Source: Mobula hypostoma
Taxonomy: Eukaryota
NCBI RefSeq assembly: GCF_963921235.1
Contig: NC_086097.1
Location: forward strand, 64,730,001 to 64,794,000
DNA: 64,000 bases
Reading direction: 5' to 3'
The notes below the pieces were generated by a model. It worked only from the letters and a program-made list of their open reading frames with translations, had not been told where the DNA came from and did not search any database. Shown here piece after piece: positions 13,621 to 26,172 of this stretch. Each line of letters begins with the position of its first letter. Position 1 is the stretch's first letter. The position numbers and the translations under genes are program-made.

Positions 13621-14131
13621 GGGGGGGGGTTAAAGTTGTGTCCGGTGGTAGGATCCGGATACACAGAACATGAACGGCAGAGTCCCTGAAGGTGAGTCCA
13701 CAGCCATGGAGCCAATTCAGTGCTGAGGTGAGTGCAGATGGTGCAGGACCTTGACAGCTGCAGGGGCAGTTCAGTGCTGACACGAGTGCAGCTGGTCTGG
13801 GAGCCCAATGGCTGCAGGCCACAGCTGCAGAGTCAGTTCCATGCTGAAGCGACTGAAGTCAGTCCAGGAACTTGCTGCTTGCAAGGCAGCAACTGTTCCC
13901 GAACCTGGAGGCGTGACACTGCCCAATGATAGCAGTGAGAAGAATGCAGGCAGACAGTACGGGCTCAAGTGGGGGATCCTGGCTGACACCGAATCATGCT
14001 CTGCTCTCCGTCTCAATGCCTTAATCTTTATAACCTAGCTTAGTTCTCAAATCAGCTAACATCGATTCTCTTCTCACACTTGAGCCACTGCTTCAATCCG
14101 GCCCAAAGGTTCAATCCAGGCCGAAGATCTG

Positions 14132-15335
14132 GGATTGGGAAATGAACCTGGTCAGGTGTCAGGTCTCTCAGTGGGAGAGCATTTTGGAGAGAGTGATCAC
14201 AATTCTATCTCCTTTACCATAGCGTTGGAGAGGGATAGGAACAGACAAGTTAGGAAAGTGTTTTATTGGAGTAAGGGGAAATATGAAGCTATCAGGCAGG
14301 AACTTGGAAGCATAAATTGGGAACAGATGTTCTCAGGGAAATGTACAGCAGGAATGTGGCAATATCAGGGGATATTTGCGTTCCAATGAGACAGGGAAAG
14401 GATGGTAGGGTACAGGAACTGTGGTGTACAAAGGCTGTTGAAAATCTAGTCAAGAAGAAAAGCTTATGAAAGGTTCAAAGAACTAGGTAATGATGGAGAT
14501 CTAGAAGATTGTAAGACTAGCAGGAAGGACCTTATGAATGAAATTAGGAGAGCCAGAAGGGGCCACAAGAAGCCATTGGCAAGCAGGATTAAAGAAAACC
14601 CCAAGGTGTGAAGAGCAAGAGGATAATGCATAAGAGAATAGGACCAATCAAGTGGTCGAAAGAGGAGGAAAAGTGTGTATGGAACCAGAGGAAATAGCTG
14701 AGTTACTTAATGAACACTTTGCTTCAGCATTCACTACAGAAAAGAATCTTGGCGATTGTAGGGATGACTTACAGTAGATTGAAAAGCTTGAGCATAAAGA
14801 CATTAAGAAAGAGGACGTGCTGGAACTTTTGGGAAGCATCAAATTGTATAAGTCTCCAGGACCAGACGAGATATACTTCAGGCTACTGTGGAAGGCAAGG
14901 GAGGAGACTGCTGAGCCTCTGGCGATGATCTTTGCATCATCAATGGAGACAGGGGTGGTTCTGGGGGATTGGAGACCTGATAGAGGCGTACAAGATGATG
15001 AGAGGCATTGATCATGTGGATAGTCAGAGGCTTTTTCCCAGGGCTGAAATGGCTAACACGAGAGGGCACAGTTTTAAGGTGCTTGGAAGTAGGTACAGAG
15101 GAGATATCGGGGTAAGTTTTTTTATGCAGAGAGTGGTGCGTGCGTGGAATGGGCTGCCGGTGATGGTGGTGGAGGGAGATACAATAAGGTCTTTTAAGAG
15201 ACTCCTGGATAGGTACATGGAGCTTAGAAAAATAGAGGGCTATGGGTAACCCTAGGTAATTTCTAAAGTCAGTACATGTTCGGCACAGCACTGTGGGCTG
15301 AAGGGCCTGTATTGTGCTGTAGGCTTTCTATGCTA
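14132..15335 (+). mobile_element. CR1 LINE with internal deletion of the RT core
   Basis: GESDHNSISF and KSPGPDEIY..PLAMIF..DW join directly at about 14975 to the C-terminal DLIEAYKMMRG..TRGHSFK; tttctatg tail. Confidence 0.85.
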
Positions 15336-16390
15336 TAATTTCTTCCAAGTTTGTACTGATTTGGCTGTCATCTAAATCTTTGACTAACCTCTACAGATGC
15401 ACATTAGAGAGTATCATGACACGGCATGGTATGGAAATACAATCACCCAGGAATGGAAAAGCCTACAGTAAGTGGTGGATAAAGCCCAGTTCGTCATAGC
15501 AGAAGCCAAAAAACCATAAGACATAGTAGCAGAATTAGGCCATACAGCCCATTGAGTCTTCTCTGCTGTTTTATTATGGCTGATTTATTATCCCTCTCTC
15601 TCTATAAACTTTGATGTCCTGACTAATCAAGAACTTATCAATCTTTGCTTTAAATTTCCCCAATGACTTGCCCTCCACAGCTGATTATGGCAATGAATTC
15701 TACGATTCACTACCCTTTGGTGAATGAAATTCCTCTTTACCTCTGTTCTAAGTGGAGAGATTTCCCCACTATAGGAAACATCCTCTCCACATCCACTCTG
15801 TCTAGGAGTTTCAATATTCGATAGATTTCAATGAGATCTCCCCACCCCCCCAACTAAACTCCAGTGAGTACAGCTATCAAATGTTCCTCATACATTAACC
15901 TTTTCATTCTCGGAATAATTCTCGTGAAACTCCTCTGGACCGTCTCCAATGCCAGCACATCCTAGAGAAGGGACCCAAAACTGCTCACAGTGCTCCAAGT
16001 GTGGTCTGACTAATGCCTTATAAAGCCTCAGCATTACATCTTTGCTTTTGTATTCTAGTCCTATTGAAATGAATGCTAAAATCGCATTTGCCCTTGTAAC
16101 CTGCAAGTTAAACTTTAAGGAATCCTGCACAAGGACTCCCAAGTACCTTTGCAGCTCTGAGTTTTGAATTTTCTCCCCACTTAGAAAATAGTCTCTACCT
16201 TTATTCCTTCTACCTAAGTGCATGGCCATACACTTCTGTATGCTGTTCCATATGCCACTCCTTTGCCCATTCTCCCAAGCTGTCGAAGTCCTTCTGCAGA
16301 CTCCCTTCTTCTCCAATGCTACATGCCTCTCCACCCATCTTCCTATCATCCACAGACTTGGCCACAAAGCCTTCAATTCTTTCATCCAAA

Positions 16391-18578
16391 TTGAACTGAA
16401 TTGAATTGACTTTATTACTTACATCCTTCATATACATGAAAAGTAAAAATCTTTACGTTGCGTCTCTGTCTGAATGTGCATTGTGAAATTTATAGTAAAT
16501 TATAATAAATAGTATGTACAACAGGATAGTCAATATAACATAGAAATACATTTGTGTCAGCATGAGTTAATCAGTCTGATGGCCTGGTGGAAGAAGCTGT
16601 CCCGGTGCCTGTTGGCCCTGGCTTTTATGCTGCGGTACCATTTCCCGGATGGTAGCAGCTGGAACAGTTCGTGGTTGGGGTGATTCGGGTCCCTAATGAT
16701 CCTTCGGGCCCTTTTTACATACCTGTCTTTGTAAAGATCCTGAATAGTGGGAAGTTCACATCTACAGATGCACTGGGCCGTCCGCACCACTCTCTGCAAA
16801 GTCCTGCGATTGAGGGAAATACAGTTCCCATACCAGGCAGTGATGCAGCTAGTCAGGATGCTCTCAATTGCTCTTAGGATTTGGGGGCCCATACCAAACT
16901 TCTTCAACTGTGTGAGGTGGAAGAGGCGCTTTTGTGTCTTTTTCACCACACAGCCAGTATGTATAGACCACATTAGATCCTCAGTGATGTTTATGCCGAG
17001 GAACTTAAAGCTGTTCACCCTCTCAACCTCAGATCCATTGATGTCAATAGCAATGAGCCTGTCTCCATTCCTCCTGTAGTCCACCACCAGTTCCTTTGTT
17101 TTTGTGACGTTGAGGGAGAGGTTGTTTTCTTGACACCATCCTGATTCTGTGTCAGGATGGTGACTTCTTCCCTGTAGGCTGCCTCATTATTATTTGAGAT
17201 TAGACCAATCAGTGTAGTGTTATCAGCAAATTTAATTAGCAGATTGGAGCTGTGGGTGGTATACAGAGAGTGAAGGAGACGACTCAGTACACAGCCCTGA
17301 GGAACACCTGTGTTGAGGGTCAGAGGGGCAGTGATGAGGGAGCCCACCCTTACCCCCTGCCGGTGATCTGACAGGAAGTCCAGGATCCAACTGCACAAGG
17401 CAGGGTGAAAGCCAAGGTCTCTGAGCTTCTTGTCAAGCCTGGAGGGAATTATGGTGTTGAATGCGGAACTGTAGTCCAAGAACAACATTCTTACGTAAGC
17501 ATCCCTCTTCTCCAGATGTGCAAGGATGGTGTGTAGAGCAGTGGCTATTGTGTCACCTGTTGATCGGTTGTGCCGGTAGGCGAATTGTAGGGAGTCCAGT
17601 GTGGGTGGTAGCAAGCTGCAGATGTAGTCCTTGACCAGCCTCTCAAAGCATTTTCTTATTATTGAGGTGAGTGCAACAGAACGCCAGTCGTTCATATATG
17701 TTACCTTGGTCTTTTTAGGTACTGGAACAATGGTGGACGTTAGCATGAGTTTTTTTGGGTAGATGATTTGTTTACACTTAAATGACTTTGGCCACCAGAC
17801 TTCTATTTGACAAAGTACTGTGGATTGAGTCCACAACAATGCGCTTCCTAAAAAGGTGTGAATACCAGATGCTTCGTAGTTTGACCTGATGCTGTAGTTT
17901 CGAAGACAGTATTACCATACATTCCTAAAGGCTGTGGATACCAACCCAGACATGTTGGCGTCAGAAGGAAAGGATGGTGTGATATTTTGTATGTAGCTTC
18001 AAGAGGAAGCATTGTCTGTGCGTTGTCTGTAACTTTCTAACTAGCGATTGCCTTTGTGTTTAGCATATAAATATCGAGCCCACATTGAGCGAGCAGACCT
18101 TTCTGCGGAAAGCGTCTCCGTCCGTTAAGATGCCTGCTGTACCTTGTTGTGTCGAATGAAGAAGCTGCTTTGTATCTACCAGTGACTCTGTCTCTCCGGT
18201 GATTTCATCCACGCTACAACAGTGGATGTTTTGAAACAAGAGGGCATTCTACCCCGGGAGAAGAAAAAATTAAAAATGTCTGTAAACACGCCTGCCAGAA
18301 GTGCGGCACACATCCTGAGTACCTGACCTGGGATGCCATCCAGTCCCGCAGCTTTGTGACTGTCCACTCATTGGAAACACCTGCGTGCTTTGGCCTCAGA
18401 GATGACCAAGCTGCAGGTTGCATCATCTACAGGTCTCCTCAGAGGCTCAGTGTTGGTGACATTGAATCGAGTGTAAAAAGGGTTTAGCTTGTCTGGGAGA
18501 GAGGCAGTGATGTTGGAAACTCCACTGTGATGCTGTGCAGACCTTGCCATAAGCTGCACGTGTTGTTGGTGGAAAAAT
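16391..18578 (-). mobile_element. Rex1/Babar-like LINE nested in CR1
   Basis: ORFs 17015-17839 (QFAYR, LFLDYSSAFNT, GVPQGCVLS, KFADN) and 16557-17087 (KFLGI, SFFHQAIRLIN); (TTCAA)n tail at 16391-16410. Confidence 0.88.
17738..18221 (+). mobile_element. Solo LTR (484 bp) with 5-bp TSD GTGGA
   Basis: Begins cgttagc (TG mutated) and ends ctacaaca. gtgga at 17733-17737 and 18222-18226; TATAAA at 18066-18071; AATGAA at 18155-18160. Removing it restores the host RT frame. Confidence 0.75.
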
Positions 18579-20339
18579 AATTGAGATATAATGTGAAAAG
18601 AAGTGGTGTATACACTGGCCCCTGTGGAACATCTCCAGTCACTGGCAGCCAACCTGAAAAGGTTCCGTTTATTGCTTCTTGCCAGTCAGCCACCCTTCTA
18701 TCGATGCAATTATCTTCCCTGTAATACCACGGACTCTTACCTTGTTAAGCAGTCTTATGCGCAACACCTTGCCAAAGACCTTCTGAAAATCCAAGTATAC
18801 AATATCCACTAATTCTCCTTTGTCTATCCTGCTTGTTATTTCCTCAAAGAATTCCAACAGATTTATCAGGCAAGATTTCCCCTCAAGGAAACTATGCTGA
18901 CTCTGGTCTATTTTATCCTGGGCTTTCAAGTACCCCAAACCCTCATTCTTAATAATAGACTCCAAGATCTTCCCAACCACTGAAGTCAGTCTAAGTAGCC
19001 TATAATTTCCTTTCTTCTGCCTTGCCCCTTCTTAAAGAGTAAAGTGACATTTGCAATTTTACAGCCCTCCAGAACCATTCCACAATCTTGTGCTTCTTGA
19101 AAGGTCATTACTAATGCCTCCACAGTCTCTTCAGTGACCTTCCTCAGGTCCCCGGGCCCAGGTGACTTATCTACTTTCACACCTTTTAGCTTCCCAAGCA
19201 CATTCTCCATTGTAATGGCAACTATGCCTCCTGACATTCTCGAATTTCTGGCATTCTGCTACTATCTTCCACAGTGAACACAGACACAAAATACTTATCA
19301 AGTTTGCCCACCATTTTATAGTCCCCCATTATTGCCACTCCAGTGCCATTTTCCTGGAGTCCAAAATGCATTCCAGCCTCTCTATTACTCAATTATTTTT
19401 AGCTATGTTGTATGCCTCTCATTTTCTTTTATGCTGTCTTTGCCTCCCCGTGTCAGGCACTGTTGCATCATCCTCCATTTAGAATACATCTTCATCTTTT
19501 GGATATATCTATCCTGCACCTTCCGAATTGCTCCCAGAAACTCCAGCCATTGCTGTTCTGACATCATCCCAGCTAGTGTCTCCTTCCAATCAACTTTGGC
19601 CAACTCCTCTCTCATTCCTCTGTAATTCCTTTTATCCCACTGCAATACTGATACATCTGACTTTAGTTTCTCCCTCTCAAACTTCAGTGTGAATTCCATC
19701 ATATTATGATCACTGCCTCCTAATGTTTCCTTCACCTTAAGTTCCCTAATCAAATCTGGATCATTACACAACATGCAATCCAGAATTGCAATTTCTCTAG
19801 TGGCCTCAACCACAAGCTGCTCTAAAGAGCCATCTGGTAGGCATTCTACAAATTCCTTCTCTTGGGATTCAGCACCAAACTGACTTTCCCACTCTACCTG
19901 CATATTGAAATCCCCCAAGACAATACCCTTTTCAAATGCGTTTTCTATCTTCCAATATAATTTGTTCCCCACATTCTGACTACTGTTCAGAGGTCTGTAT
20001 ATAACTCCAATCAGTGTCTTCTACCCTTGCAGTTTCTTAACTCTATCCACAAGGATTCTACGTCTGTCGATTGTATGTGATCTCTTTCTAAGGATTTGAT
20101 ATAATTTAATTTTTTTTTTACCAACAGAGCCATCCCTCTCTCCCTCAGCCTACCTGCCTGCCCTTTCGATACACTGTGTATCCTTGGATGTTAAGTTCCC
20201 AACTATGATCTTCTTTCAGCCACAAGTCTATGATACCCACAATGCCATTCCTGCCAATCTCTAAACGCACTACAAGATAATTTACCGTATTACGTATAGT
20301 AAGTGCATTCAAATATAACACCTTCAGTCCTGTATTTAT

Positions 20340-21028
20340 GCGGAGGTGAGGAGAAGATGGCAGTGCGACGCAGCACGTGCGGCCGCTCCAAAATGATATT
20401 GTATTTGTAAGTAGGTACCGTGCACAATCCTGATTTGATGGAGATGGACATGAGAAGCACGGAGGAACATCTGGAGAAACTTCTGAAATGCCCGCTTTGC
20501 TGCCGCTGCTACTGTGCGATCGAGAATCTCTGGAGGGGAAGGCCCCAAATCCTCAGCTTTGCCTATTGCCTGTTGCTGGGGCGGGGGTCGAAGTGCTCAG
20601 CAGAGATGGTGCTCGGTGTCGGAGGGCTGGTGGGAGGCTCGAAGTTTTCGGACGGACTCAAAAGTCGGCTGTGGTTGGATGCTTCCAGGGTGCTGCATTG
20701 GCAAGTTTGCGATGCTGGAAGCTCATGGCAGGGAGAGTTTTTCTTCCTTCTACCATCTGCGTGAGATGATGGGACTTTCAAGAGACTTTGAGACTTTTTT
20801 TTAAACTGTGCTCATGGTCTGTTCTTTATCAAATCACGGTATTGCTTTGCATTGTTGTAACTAAATGTTATAATTATGTGGTTTTTGTCAGTTTTTTAGT
20901 CTTGGTTTGTCTTGTGTATCTGTGATATCATTCTGGAGGAACCCTTGTATAATTTCTTAATGCATGCATTAATAAATAACAATAAAAGAGGACTGCATGT
21001 CCTCATAATCTAATTTAATAATCTAATC
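20340..21028 (+). mobile_element. Non-autonomous SINE-like retroelement
   Basis: GC/CpG-rich 5' part starting gagaagatggc, T-rich 3' part, aataaa and (TAATC)n tail; interrupts the CR1 ORF1-ORF2 region. Confidence 0.6.
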
Positions 21029-21245
21029 ACACTTTTCTGATTTTTCTCCCACACTGTACTTCAAGTCATCCCACTGACTGCAACTTGCCCTATCATCTGC
21101 CTGTCCTTCCTCTCAGTCACACTACACATTGCTTCCACTTGTCACATTGCTTCAGCCACAGCCCTATCTCTCAGCTTCCCATCCCCCTGCCAAATTAGTT
21201 TAAACCCTCCACAACAGCTTTAGAAAACTTGCCTGCAACGATACT

Positions 21246-23338
21246 GAATTGAATTGACTTTATTTCTTACATCCTTCACATACATGAGGAGTAAAAATCT
21301 TTACATCTCCATCTAAATGTGCAATCATAGTAATTTATAATAAATAGAACAGTCAATGTAATATAGAGTACACTCAAATCAGCGTGAGTTCATTAGTCTG
21401 ATGGCCTGGTGGAAAAGGCTGTCCCGGAGTCTGTTGGTCCTAGCTTTTATGCTGTGGTACTGTTCCCAGATGGTAGTAGCTGGATTAGATTGTGGTTGGG
21501 GTGACTTGGGTCCCCAATGATCCTACAGGCCCTTTTTACACACCTGTCCTTGTCTGGAATCATGGGAAGTTCACAACTACAGATGCACTGGGCTGTCTGC
21601 ACCACTCTCTGCAGAGTCCTGCGATTAAGGGAGGTACAGTTTCCATACCAGGGAGTGATGCAGACAGTCAGGATGTTCTCAATTGTGCCCTTGTAGAAAG
21701 TTCTTAGGATTTGGGGGCCCATACCAAACTTCCTCAACCGTCTGAGGTGAAAGAGGCACTATTGTGCCTTTTTCACCACACGGTTGGTGTGTACAGATCA
21801 CGAGGTCCTTGGAGATGTGGATGCCAAGGAACTTGAAGCTGTTTACCCTCTCAACCCCAGATCCATTGATATGCCTGTCTCCATTCCTCCTGTAATCCAC
21901 AAACAGCTCCTTTGTTTTTGTGACATTGAGGGAGAGGTCATTTTCTTGACATCACTGTGTCAGAGAGATGACTTCTTCCCTGTAGGCCACCTCGTTATTG
22001 TTTGAGATGAGGCCAATCAATATAGTGTCATCAGCAAATTTAATTAGCAGATTGGAGCTGTGTGTGGCGATAGTCATGGGTATACAGGGAGTAAAGTAGG
22101 GGACTCAGTACACAGCCCTAAGGGGCTCCTGTATTGAGAGTCAGAGGGTTGGAGGTGAGGGAGCCCACTCTTACAACCTGCTGGCGATCTGACAGGAAGT
22201 CCAGGACCCAGCTGCACAAGGCAGGGTCAAGGCCGAGGTCTCTGAGCTTCTTGTAGAGCCTGGATGGAACTATGGTGTTGAATGCTTAACTGTAGCCCAA
22301 GAACAGCATTCTCACATAAGCATCCTTCTTCTCCATATAGAAACATAGAAACATAGAAAATAGGTGCAGGAGTAGGCCATTTGGCCCTTCGAGCCTGCAC
22401 CGCCATTTATTATGATCATGGCTGATCATCCAACTCAGAACCCAGCCTTCCCTCCATACCCCCTGACCCCTGTAGCCACAAGGGCCATATCTAACTTCCT
22501 TTTAAACATAGCTAATGAACTGGCCTCAACAGTTTGCTGTGGCAGAGAATTCCACAGATTCACCACTCTCTGTGTGAAGAAGTTTTTCCTAACCTCGGTC
22601 CTAAAAGGCTTCCCCTCTATCCTCAAACTGTGACCCCTCGTTCTAGACCTCCCCAACATCGGGAACAATCTTCCTGCATCTAGCCTGTCCAATCCCTTTA
22701 GGATCTTATACGTTTCAATCAGATCCCCCCTCAATCTTCTAAATTCCAACGAGTACAAGCCCAGTTCATCCAGTCTTTCTTCATATGAAAGACCTGCCAT
22801 CCCAGGAATCAATCTGGTGAACCTTCTTTGTGTAAGGATGGTACGTAGAGCAGTGGCTATAGCGTCATCTGTCAATCCGTTGTGTCAGTAGGCGAAATGT
22901 AATGGGGTCCAGTTTGGGTGGTAGCAAGTTGCAGATGTAATCCTTGACCAGCCTCTCAGAGCATTTGCTTATTTTTGAGGTGAGTGCGACAGGACACCAG
23001 TCACTCATGCATGTTACATTGGTCTTTTTTGGTACAGGGACGATGGTGGTTAATTTGAAGCAGGAGGGCACTCTACACTGGTTTAGGGAGAGATTAAAAA
23101 TGTCAGTAAACACACCTGCCAGTTGTGCTGCGCACATCCTGAGTACTCACCCTGCGATGCTGTCCACTCATTGGAAACATTTGCATATCTCAGCCTCAGA
23201 GATGACCAGGCTGCCAGTTGTAGTGGTGGCTTTCCTTGGAGTCTCAGAGTTAGTGACATCAAACCAAGCATAAAAGCGATTGAGCTCATCTGGGAGAGAG
23301 GCTGCATTGTTGGCGGCACCACACAGTTTGGCTTTGAA
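21246..23338 (-). mobile_element. Second Rex1/Babar-like LINE copy nested in CR1 ORF1
   Basis: (TTCAA)n tail; ORFs 21447-21737, 21679-21900 and 22865-23137 are homologous to the 16391-18578 copy. Confidence 0.88.
22338..22829 (-). mobile_element. Young CR1 3' fragment nested in Rex1-like RT
   Basis: (catagaaa)n tail; QRRFTRLIPGM..TRGHSLRI; visibly near-identical to 11621-12090. Confidence 0.93.
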
Positions 23339-23644
23339 GTCTGCAATAGATATTGGTCCCCCTCAGGTTCAGGTCATACCTTCCCTGGAAACCATCCCAA
23401 AGATTCAGAAATCTTAAACCCTGCCCCTTGTACTAATTCCTCAGCCATGCATCTATCTGCCAATTCATCCTATTCTTACCCTCACTGGCACATGGCACAG
23501 GCAGCAATCCAGAGATTACTACGCTGGAAGTCCTGCTTTCCAGGTTTCTACTTAAGTCCTTATATTCTCCCTTCAGGCCCTTTTCCCTTTTCCAACCTAT
23601 GTCATTGGTACCAATATGCCCTCACCACCACTGAGCACATTTAC

Positions 23645-24092
23645 ATGGTTGCGCAGCCACAAGAAAGAACATCCATCATCAAGGACCCCTACCATCCAGT
23701 CCAGGCCATGCTCTCTTTTCATTGCTGCCATCAGGAAGGACGTACAGGAGTCTTGGGTCCCACACCACCAGGTTAAGGAACCTTCAACCATCGAGCTCCT
23801 AAACCAGCCAGGATAACTTCACTCACCTCAGCTCTGAACTGGCTTCACAAACCCGTGGAGTTCCAAGGACTGAAGAACTCACGTTATTTGTATTTTATCT
23901 ATTTGTTTATTTGTATTTGCACAAATTGACTTCTTTTGACCACTGGTTGCTTGCCAGTCTTTATGTGTAGTTTTTCTTTGATTCTATTGCATTTCTTTGT
24001 TCTACTGTGAAGGCCTGCAAGAAAATGAATTTCCCAGGGTAGTCTATGGTGACATATACATACTTTTATAATAAATTTACTTTGAAACTTTG
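23645..24092 (+). mobile_element. Rex1/Babar-like 3' end
   Basis: SIIKDPYHP motif; aataaatttactttgaaactttg tail. Confidence 0.7.
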
Positions 24093-24291
24093 TTACTTTT
24101 CTTGTATTTTTCTTTGGATTAACTTTCCTATGCTTGCTAGTATTTTTATATAATCACCTATATACATGTAATCATTCCAGCAAGTACGGTATAGCTGCTT
24201 CTGTATTTTTCTCAAAACTTATTTTACAGTGGCAAGTGTTACGCCACTTGAATCTGACTGTTTTAAATGTTAGCACTGGAATTTTGTTAAC

Positions 24292-24545
24292 TCTAGTCTG
24301 ATCCCTCTGTTCCTCCACACAGCTAAGAATCCTGCTATTAACCTTGTACTCTGCCTTCAAGTTTGACCTTCCAAAGTTTATTACTTCACACTTTTCCTGA
24401 CTGAACTCCACCTTCAGCCCAGCTCTGCATCCTGTCAATGTCCAATTGTAACCTATGATAACCTCTACATTTTCCACACCACCAACCTTCATATCATCTG
24501 CATATGTACCAAATCACCCTTCCACTTCCTCATCTAAGTCACTTT
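24292..24545 (-). mobile_element. CR1 RT fragment
   Basis: EKCEVINFGRSN..EQRD in ORF 24172-24492. Confidence 0.7.
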
Positions 24546-25516
24546 CTTTTTTTTTTCAAATCTTTTTATTGTTATATTATACAAAAGAAATAACATGAGT
24601 ACATTGAAGTAACTAAGTCACTTATAAACAGGGAAACATGTTTGCCATCATTCATGTATTACTATTGGTGAATCAGAAGGGTTTTTACAGAAGTACAGTA
24701 GTTTTGTAGTCAGCATTACCAATGAGGTTTTATTTTAAAATCCAAACCATTAACTGAACCTAAATTTCATAGCTACCGAGGCTTTTGAGTTGCCGAAAAG
24801 GCAACTTAACTCCAGAACTGTCACCATCCCTCTTATTTCACAATGCCCAGTGTTAGGATATTCCATCTTCTCAATTAGACTCAGATACTGGAATCACAAG
24901 ATTTAAAATATGGACAAATATGGGATATATGGCCGACTCTTTCAGAAATATATAGAAGGCTAATATAGTAGGGTTTTGTATGAAATTCAATGAGAAATGT
25001 GAGTAAGGAATTTCAGAACAATAACATATAAAGTACACATTGATTTCCAGCTGAGGGCTATTAGATTCAGATCAGGTGGTTTCAATAAGGAATGCAGAAA
25101 GTTGCCAAGTTGTGATAAAACATGTGGAACTCAGGTTTACAAATAGTGCCAAAATATAAAAATTGAAGTGGTTAAGCTACAATTAGAAATATAATCAATC
25201 ACTTTCTGACCACACTGATTCAGGTAGCATGCCAAGACCAAGATACAAATTACATTTTGTAATAGTTTTAATAAGCATCTGAAATTATAGTAACAAGAAG
25301 CAACAATAAAAGGGATTCTTTTCACCACAGGAAAAGGGTGTAAAGGTTACACAAAGGTGTTCAAAAATTCAAAAGGTGACCCAAAAGAGGAGTAAATAGG
25401 AAAAAGATGCTTTTCAATCACAAGTTAAAGCATAATTTCAATGTTTTTCATTGTGAAATTAACTGCCATTGCTGCAAATTTGCTTAGTATATTTAGAAGG
25501 CCTAGAGTAGGGCCTA

Positions 25517-26172
25517 CGGGGAAGACATAAAACAAGTACAGAACTTTTGCTACTTAGGAAGCTGGGTGACATCGGGTGACATCAGGTGGCAGGTGCAACA
25601 TGGACATCAAAAGAAGAATAGGGATGGCAAAAGACACCTTTACAAGAATGAAGAGTATACTGACCAATACTAAACTAGGCATGACAACCTGCCTCAGAAT
25701 ACTGAAATGTTACGTTTCTCCACTTATGTTATATTTGCTCCGAATGTTGGACAATATCTAGTAACATAAGGAAACGAATTGAAGCAGCAGAGATGTGGAT
25801 TTTGAGGAGGATGCAAAGAATATCATGGAGGAAATGAATATCTAAAGAGGATGTTATGAACAGAGCAAACACAAAAAGAGAAATAATGTATGAGATCATG
25901 AAAAGGCAAAGTAACTTCATTGAATATGTGATTAGGAAAGAGGAGTTAGAATGCATGGTAATTATGGGAAAGATTGAAGGGAAAAAAGCCAGAGGAAGAC
26001 AAAGACAAATGATGATGGAGGCAGCAGCCAGAGAATGGGAAATGAATACCAATGAATTGATCCACTTGACCTAAAACAGGAGTGTGTGGGCCATGGCAGT
26101 CAAAGCTCAAACTGGGCACAGCACCTGATGATGATGATGATGACGACGATGGCGATGATGATGATGATGAGT
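25517..26172 (+). mobile_element. 5'-truncated RTE-clade LINE with (GAT)n tail and 10-bp TSD
   Basis: DIKRRIGMAK, EAAEMW, GKIEGKKARGRQR. TSD gtagggccta at 25507-25516 and 26173-26182. Confidence 0.9.

Larger units (their letters stand above)
15510..23640 (-). mobile_element. Near full-length old CR1 LINE fragmented by nested insertions (pieces about 15510-16390, 18580-20338, 21028-21245, 23340-23640)
   Basis: Collinear order: 3' tail (catagg/ccataaga repeats), RT pieces (ORFs 15888-16385, 18669-18980), APE endonuclease (LGDFN, GSDHN; ORF 19403-19972), and ORF1 esterase-like end (GLN*, HIGTND at about 23600-23620). Confidence 0.8.

Noticed and set aside
13617..13629. G13 run and other G-tracts as G-quadruplex elements
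   Set aside because: Homopolymer expansions within purine-rich PLE remnants; no independent support.
23123..23776. 217-aa plus-strand ORF
   Set aside because: Spans the junctions of three TE fragments; chance open frame.
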